Assembly (NCBI GenBank): GCA_038062135.1
Contig: JBBTXT010000012.1
Location: 1 to 38,812, forward strand
Source of the DNA: Patescibacteria group bacterium
Lineage (GTDB): Bacteria > Patescibacteriota > Minisyncoccia > 2-02-FULL-40-12 > GWA2-44-9
Length of the DNA stretch: 38,812 nt
Reading direction: 5' to 3'
In this document: piece after piece, positions 35,130 to 38,812 of the stretch
How positions within the stretch are numbered: position 1 is the first letter of the stretch
Layout: every line of letters begins with the position of its first letter
The notes under the pieces: generated by a model
Seen by the model: the letters and a program-made list of their open reading frames with translations, nothing else
What the model was told of the DNA's origin: nothing
The model's database searches: none
Position numbers and translations under genes: made by a program

Positions 35130-35483
35130 TTAGCTTACAAATTCAATGATAACCATGCGCGCCCCATCGCTAACCCTTGGCGGCAAGTGCATAATTCGTG
35201 TGTACCCACCCTTGCGATCTTCTAATGACGGTCCAATTTCAGTAACCAGTTTTTTGGCCGAAGCCGCATTAACGCGCTGAACCAAAAGCCTCTGCGCGAC
35301 AACGGTGTTCGTTTTCTTTGCAATGGTAATGAGCTTTTCTACGCTGGTGCGGAGCGTCTTTGCGCGAGCTTCGGTCGTAGTAATACGGCCTTTTGCGATA
35401 AGTGAATTCTCCAACGAGCGAACAAATGCCGCGCGCTGATCTCTTGGTCTTCCGAATTTTCGTTTATTTCCACGCTTCGTCAT
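35130..35483 (-). CDS. rplQ: 50S ribosomal protein L17
   Basis: I.TTEARAK, EKLIT.AK, R.GGYTRI, DGA.M.IIEFV. Confidence 0.96.
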   Translation of the reverse strand: MTKRGNKRKFGRPRDQRAAFVRSLENSLIAKGRITTTEARAKTLRTSVEKLITIAKKTNTVVAQRLLVQRVNAASAKKLVTEIGPSLEDRKGGYTRIMHLPPRVSDGARMVIIEFVS

Positions 35484-35485
35484 AA

Positions 35486-36220
35486 TTATTCAGATTTCTT
35501 TTTAGAGGCTTTCTTGGCAGGCTTAGCCGGAGCTTCTGGCACCGCAACCTGTGAAACAATCTGCATATGGTTTACTAATATCTCCGCTGCGTTCTTTAAG
35601 GCTTGTTCCGGCTGTATGGAGCCATCGGTCTCAATTTCCATAACGACTTTATTGAAGTCAATGCGCTGGCCGACGCGGACATCTTCAATCTTGAAGTTAA
35701 CCAGCTTAACCGGAGAAAAGATTGCATCCACGGCGATAACGCCGATCGGAAGCTTCTCGCGCTGGCGTTGTTCCACCGGAACATAACCGGCGCCCTTTTC
35801 AATCGTAAGCTCCATTGAAAACTCCATCTTCTTATCAGTAATGGTGGCGATGTGTTGTTCCGGGTTTACGATTTCAACATCGGAAGTCAGCTTGATGTCG
35901 GCAGCCGTTACTACACCTTCACCCTTGCTTTCAAGGGTTACGGTTACCGGTTCGTTTGAAAACGAGATAACGCGTATCTTTTTAATGTTCAGGATTATCT
36001 GGATGACATCTTCTAGAACTCCCGGCACGGTTGAAAACTCATGGTCAATTCCCTTGATCTTAACGGACGTTACTGCGGCGCCTTCGAGGGAAGACAATAA
36101 CACGCGGCGGAGCGGGTTGGCAAGCGTTGCTCCGTAGCCCGGCATAAGTGGGCCAATCTCAAAAACCGTCTTGTTATCTTCTTTTGATACCACTTTGACT
36201 TGTTCTGGAAGCTGAATCAT
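35486..36220 (-). CDS. rpoA: RNA polymerase alpha subunit (N-terminal domain only)
   Basis: PL.PGYG.TL.N.LRRVLLSSLEGAAVT, HEFST.PGV.ED, VDAIFSPV, RVGQ; 244 aa. Confidence 0.96.
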   Translation of the reverse strand: MIQLPEQVKVVSKEDNKTVFEIGPLMPGYGATLANPLRRVLLSSLEGAAVTSVKIKGIDHEFSTVPGVLEDVIQIILNIKKIRVISFSNEPVTVTLESKGEGVVTAADIKLTSDVEIVNPEQHIATITDKKMEFSMELTIEKGAGYVPVEQRQREKLPIGVIAVDAIFSPVKLVNFKIEDVRVGQRIDFNKVVMEIETDGSIQPEQALKNAAEILVNHMQIVSQVAVPEAPAKPAKKASKKKSE

Positions 36221-36308
36221 ATCTTTATTTCGTTGGTAGTTTGGTGAGCCGCTTTAAGGAGGTTACATGTCGGTGAGCGAACCGCCTAACCGGCCAGCGA
36301 AATGTTAA

Positions 36309-36944
36309 TTATCGTGAATAATACTCAATGATTGCCTGGATATCTTCTGGACGGACTCCGCTTTCCTCAACCGCCGGCTGGCCCTGAATCTTGCCCGTAT
36401 ATGCTTCTTTGTCCAAGCTGATCCAGACCGGCGCATCGTAATTCTTAAGCCATACCGGCATCAAGTTGCCCATGAACACATTTGCACGGCTGGCTTCGCG
36501 GATTGAAATTACATCCCCCGCCTTAACGGAATAAGAAGGAATGCTTACTTTTTTACCGTTGACCGTAATGTGGCCGTGGCCGACTAGCTGGCGCGCCTGA
36601 TCGCGGGACTGCGCAAAACCCATTCGGAAAACGACGTTGTCCAGGCGCTGTTCAAGAGAGCGAATAATTTCTTCGTAAGGATTGTGGTGGGAGGCGACAG
36701 CCTTTTTGATGTACGACTTAAACTGTTTTTCCATCAAACGATAGATATTGCGGACTTTCTGCTTTGACTGGAGCTGTTGGCCGAATTCAGAGACTTTGCG
36801 GCGGAAGTTTTGGCCGTGAACGCCAGGAGGATACGGACGCTTGGTCATCGCCGACTTCGGAGAACGCGAACGTTCGCCTTTCAGGTTTAGTTTTTCGCCC
36901 AGACGGCGTTCAATTCTTTCGCGTGGTCCTCTATATCGTGCCAT
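36309..36944 (-). CDS. rpsD: 30S ribosomal protein S4
   Basis: MARYRGP, PPGVHG, LEQRLDNVVFRMG, ARQLVGHGH, IIEYYSR. Confidence 0.98.
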   Translation of the reverse strand: MARYRGPRERIERRLGEKLNLKGERSRSPKSAMTKRPYPPGVHGQNFRRKVSEFGQQLQSKQKVRNIYRLMEKQFKSYIKKAVASHHNPYEEIIRSLEQRLDNVVFRMGFAQSRDQARQLVGHGHITVNGKKVSIPSYSVKAGDVISIREASRANVFMGNLMPVWLKNYDAPVWISLDKEAYTGKIQGQPAVEESGVRPEDIQAIIEYYSR

Positions 36945-36956
36945 ATTATTAAAAGA

Positions 36957-37403
36957 TTATAAGCGACGCGGCTTCTTAGCTTTAACGCCATTATGCGCAA
37001 CCGGCGTCACGTCCATGATGGAAGTGATATTTAAGCCCGTTCCCGCAATGCCGCGGATTGAAGATTCTCTGGCCGGACCGATTCCCCGCACCATAATCTT
37101 AACGTTGGTAAGGTTGAACTTCTTAGCTTTTTCAATGCAATCTTTAGCAACTAGGTTGGCGGCATACGGGGTTGATTTCTTGGTACCCTTGAAGCCAAGA
37201 AGTCCGGCGGATGACCAAGCAACCACGTTGCCCTTGGGATCGGTCACGCAGATATTCGTGTTGTTGTATGAAACATTAACGTGCGCAACGCCGTTGATGA
37301 CTTGTTTTTTAACGGACTTTTTTGAGGCTGCAACCGAAGGAGCGCCTTCTGTGACGGCTGTTGTCTCGGTGTCAGTCTTTGTAATAACTTTTTTCTTGCC
37401 CAT
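36957..37403 (-). CDS. rpsK: 30S ribosomal protein S11
   Basis: SYNNT, WSSAG..GFKGTKKSTPYAA, DVTP.AHNG. Confidence 0.98.
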   Translation of the reverse strand: MGKKKVITKTDTETTAVTEGAPSVAASKKSVKKQVINGVAHVNVSYNNTNICVTDPKGNVVAWSSAGLLGFKGTKKSTPYAANLVAKDCIEKAKKFNLTNVKIMVRGIGPARESSIRGIAGTGLNITSIMDVTPVAHNGVKAKKPRRL

Positions 37404-37423
37404 GTTTTTCGGAATGTTGTGGA

Positions 37424-37810
37424 TTATGTCTTGGCGTCTGACTTAATACGGCCGGAACCCATCGTCTTTCGGACATTGCCGCGGGTGGTTCGTGAATTAG
37501 TCTTAGAGCGGCCTTTAATCGGCAGGCGGCGGGCTAAGCGTGATCCGCGCCAAGTTCCGATTTCTTTATGCCGCTTTATGTTCTGGCCGATTTCTTTGCG
37601 AAGGTCTCCCTCTACCCGATAACGCTGTTCAATTATTTTCTGGATCTTATTGATTTCATCGCCGCTTAATTCCTTGGCTTTTTTGCTCGGATTAATTCCG
37701 GTTTCTGAAAGAATCACCTTGCTCGTTGTCAGGCCAATGCCGAAAAGATAAGGTAGCGAGTATAAAATCGTTTTGTCGTCAGGAATTGTAACACCGAAAA
37801 TACGTGGCAT
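37424..37810 (-). CDS. rpsM: 30S ribosomal protein S13
   Basis: MPRIFGV.IP, FGIG, VEGDLR, IG.WRG.R, NSRT. Confidence 0.97.
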   Translation of the reverse strand: MPRIFGVTIPDDKTILYSLPYLFGIGLTTSKVILSETGINPSKKAKELSGDEINKIQKIIEQRYRVEGDLRKEIGQNIKRHKEIGTWRGSRLARRLPIKGRSKTNSRTTRGNVRKTMGSGRIKSDAKT

Positions 37811-37822
37811 TTTAAAAATTAA

Positions 37823-37936
37823 TTAACCTTGGCGTTGTTTATGCTTCGGATTAGTGCAAAGACAATACAAGCGCTTCTTGCGCCTGACAAGCTTGCAGTT
37901 TATACACATCTTTTTTACCGAAGCGCGTACTTTCAT
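37823..37936 (-). CDS. rpmJ: 50S ribosomal protein L36 (not in the ORF track)
   Basis: Hand translation [37 protein letters not shown]. Confidence 0.97.
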   Translation of the reverse strand: MKVRASVKKMCINCKLVRRKKRLYCLCTNPKHKQRQG

Positions 37937-37970
37937 GCGATTTTTGTTGGGTGAGGAGATGCGAAGCAGA

Positions 37971-38091
37971 CCTGCCTGCCGCAGGCAGGCGAACCCTTAC
38001 TAAAATCCACACCCGCCTAAATTTTGCCTTACAAAACTTGGGCGGGTAAGCATTTTAAGGATACCCCTGTGCTCGGTTAGCGATGCTAACC
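37971..38091. repeat. Cluster of three short palindromes in the infA-rpmJ spacer
   Basis: CCTGCCTGC-c-GCAGGCAGG 37971-37989; ACCCGCCTAA..TTGGGCGGGT 38011-38047; GGTTAGC-gat-GCTAACC 38075-38091. Confidence 0.7.
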
Positions 38092-38108
38092 TGCGCCCAG
38101 GTAAAATC

Positions 38109-38324
38109 TTAGTACCGGTACGTAATGCGGCCGCGGGCGCCGTCGGGACTTAATTCCAGAGCGACTCTGTCGCCGATGATTACCTTAATATAGTGAACCT
38201 TGCGCATTTTACCCGCCAGGTACGCAAGCACCCGTTTGCCATTTTCCAATTCAACTTTGAAGTTGGCATCTGGCAAGGCCTCAATGACTGTTCCGGTTAC
38301 TTTTTCTTTAATTTGGTTGATCAC
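38109..38324 (-). CDS. infA: Translation initiation factor IF-1
   Basis: G.VIEALP.A.F.VELENG, AGKMR, GDRV..ELSP, RGRITYR. Confidence 0.97.
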   Translation of the reverse strand: MINQIKEKVTGTVIEALPDANFKVELENGKRVLAYLAGKMRKVHYIKVIIGDRVALELSPDGARGRITYRY

Positions 38325-38379
38325 GCTGAACGAGCTAATAAAAAATAAGCGAACGACAATTCAGTTGTTCAACCGAACC

Positions 38380-38408
38380 ATGATAGCAAAACGTGACCTA
38401 TCTGTCAA
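38380..38408 (-). promoter_or_regulatory. sigma70 promoter of the infA-rpsI operon
   Basis: TTGACA (38403-38408), 17 nt, TGcTATCAT (38380-38385). Confidence 0.8.
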
Positions 38409-38441
38409 CGCTTTTTATAACTGATTAGGAGGCTGGACCGC

Positions 38442-38812
38442 CTAATTGGTTTTGTACTCCAGCTCTACCCTTATACGGCTTGGATCAGTGGGTACTTTTC
38501 TTATCCAGAATGGCGACAGAATAACCTTGGCCGAATCTACGCCAGGTACCTTTTGAAGGTAGGCGCGGATTTCGGGTTCAGGCTTTCCGCCCAAATTTTC
38601 AGCTATTTCCTTAGAATCTATAGACATATACCCAGGGCCGACGATTGAGACCGTAACCTCTAAAACCCCACGACTATCGTTAAATTTAGGGTTTTTTAGG
38701 TCAACCTTGGTTTGCTCCGGTATCACCACTACATCATAGTTTTTTTGAGCGTACTCCGTGACGAGCATCTCAAGGTCGCTATCTCTAAAACCCATGGTTT
38801 TTAAACTGCCCT
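38442..38812 (-). CDS. 3' end of a hypothetical protein, truncated by the window edge
   Basis: Frame open to the window end; ends SPFWIRKVP.DP.RI.VE, a C-terminus typical of a conserved CPR protein (recall). Confidence 0.65.
   Translation of the reverse strand, partial: GSLKTMGFRDSDLEMLVTEYAQKNYDVVVIPEQTKVDLKNPKFNDSRGVLEVTVSIVGPGYMSIDSKEIAENLGGKPEPEIRAYLQKVPGVDSAKVILSPFWIRKVPTDPSRIRVELEYKTN

Noticed and set aside
1-38812. tRNA, rRNA, transposase, integrase or prophage genes
   Set aside because: None recognisable by eye in this window

Overview
This is a chromosomal segment from a Patescibacteria (CPR) bacterium, most likely Parcubacteria. That assignment is an inference from the short HrcA, the RpoA lacking its C-terminal domain, SD-less or leaderless genes, CPR-type palindromic repeats and CPR-type surface proteins. 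The genetic code is standard. Left to right the window holds: a CIRCE-regulated hrcA-grpE-dnaK-(membrane gene)-dnaJ operon; a large membrane-anchored GH5-like glycoside hydrolase; efp; znuBC; priA-def-fmt; gltX, an M23 peptidase and NDH-2; a dif-like site; a DEDD plus PD-(D/E)XK nuclease pair; rpmA and rplI; an S41 protease; a mreB/glycosyltransferase/O-antigen-ligase/LCP envelope operon; and the infA-rpmJ-rpsM-rpsK-rpsD-rpoA-rplQ-rplM-rpsI operon. Four things stand out. (1) A low-GC three-gene HigB-like toxin / XRE antitoxin with a long ChAD-like tail / all-beta third protein module that looks like a toxin-antitoxin-chaperone system with a non-SecB partner. (2) Three dispersed, self-contained, GC-rich mini-gene cassettes, each with its own sigma70 promoter, a strong Shine-Dalgarno, a small exported or membrane protein and a 3' hairpin. 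Two share a covarying hairpin and a [YF]DEG[YF]xxG motif, and one splits def from fmt. (3) Several intergenic structured elements whose G-U pattern shows which strand folds. (4) A symmetric dif-like site at an apparent replichore switch. All calls were made by eye; no database searches were run.
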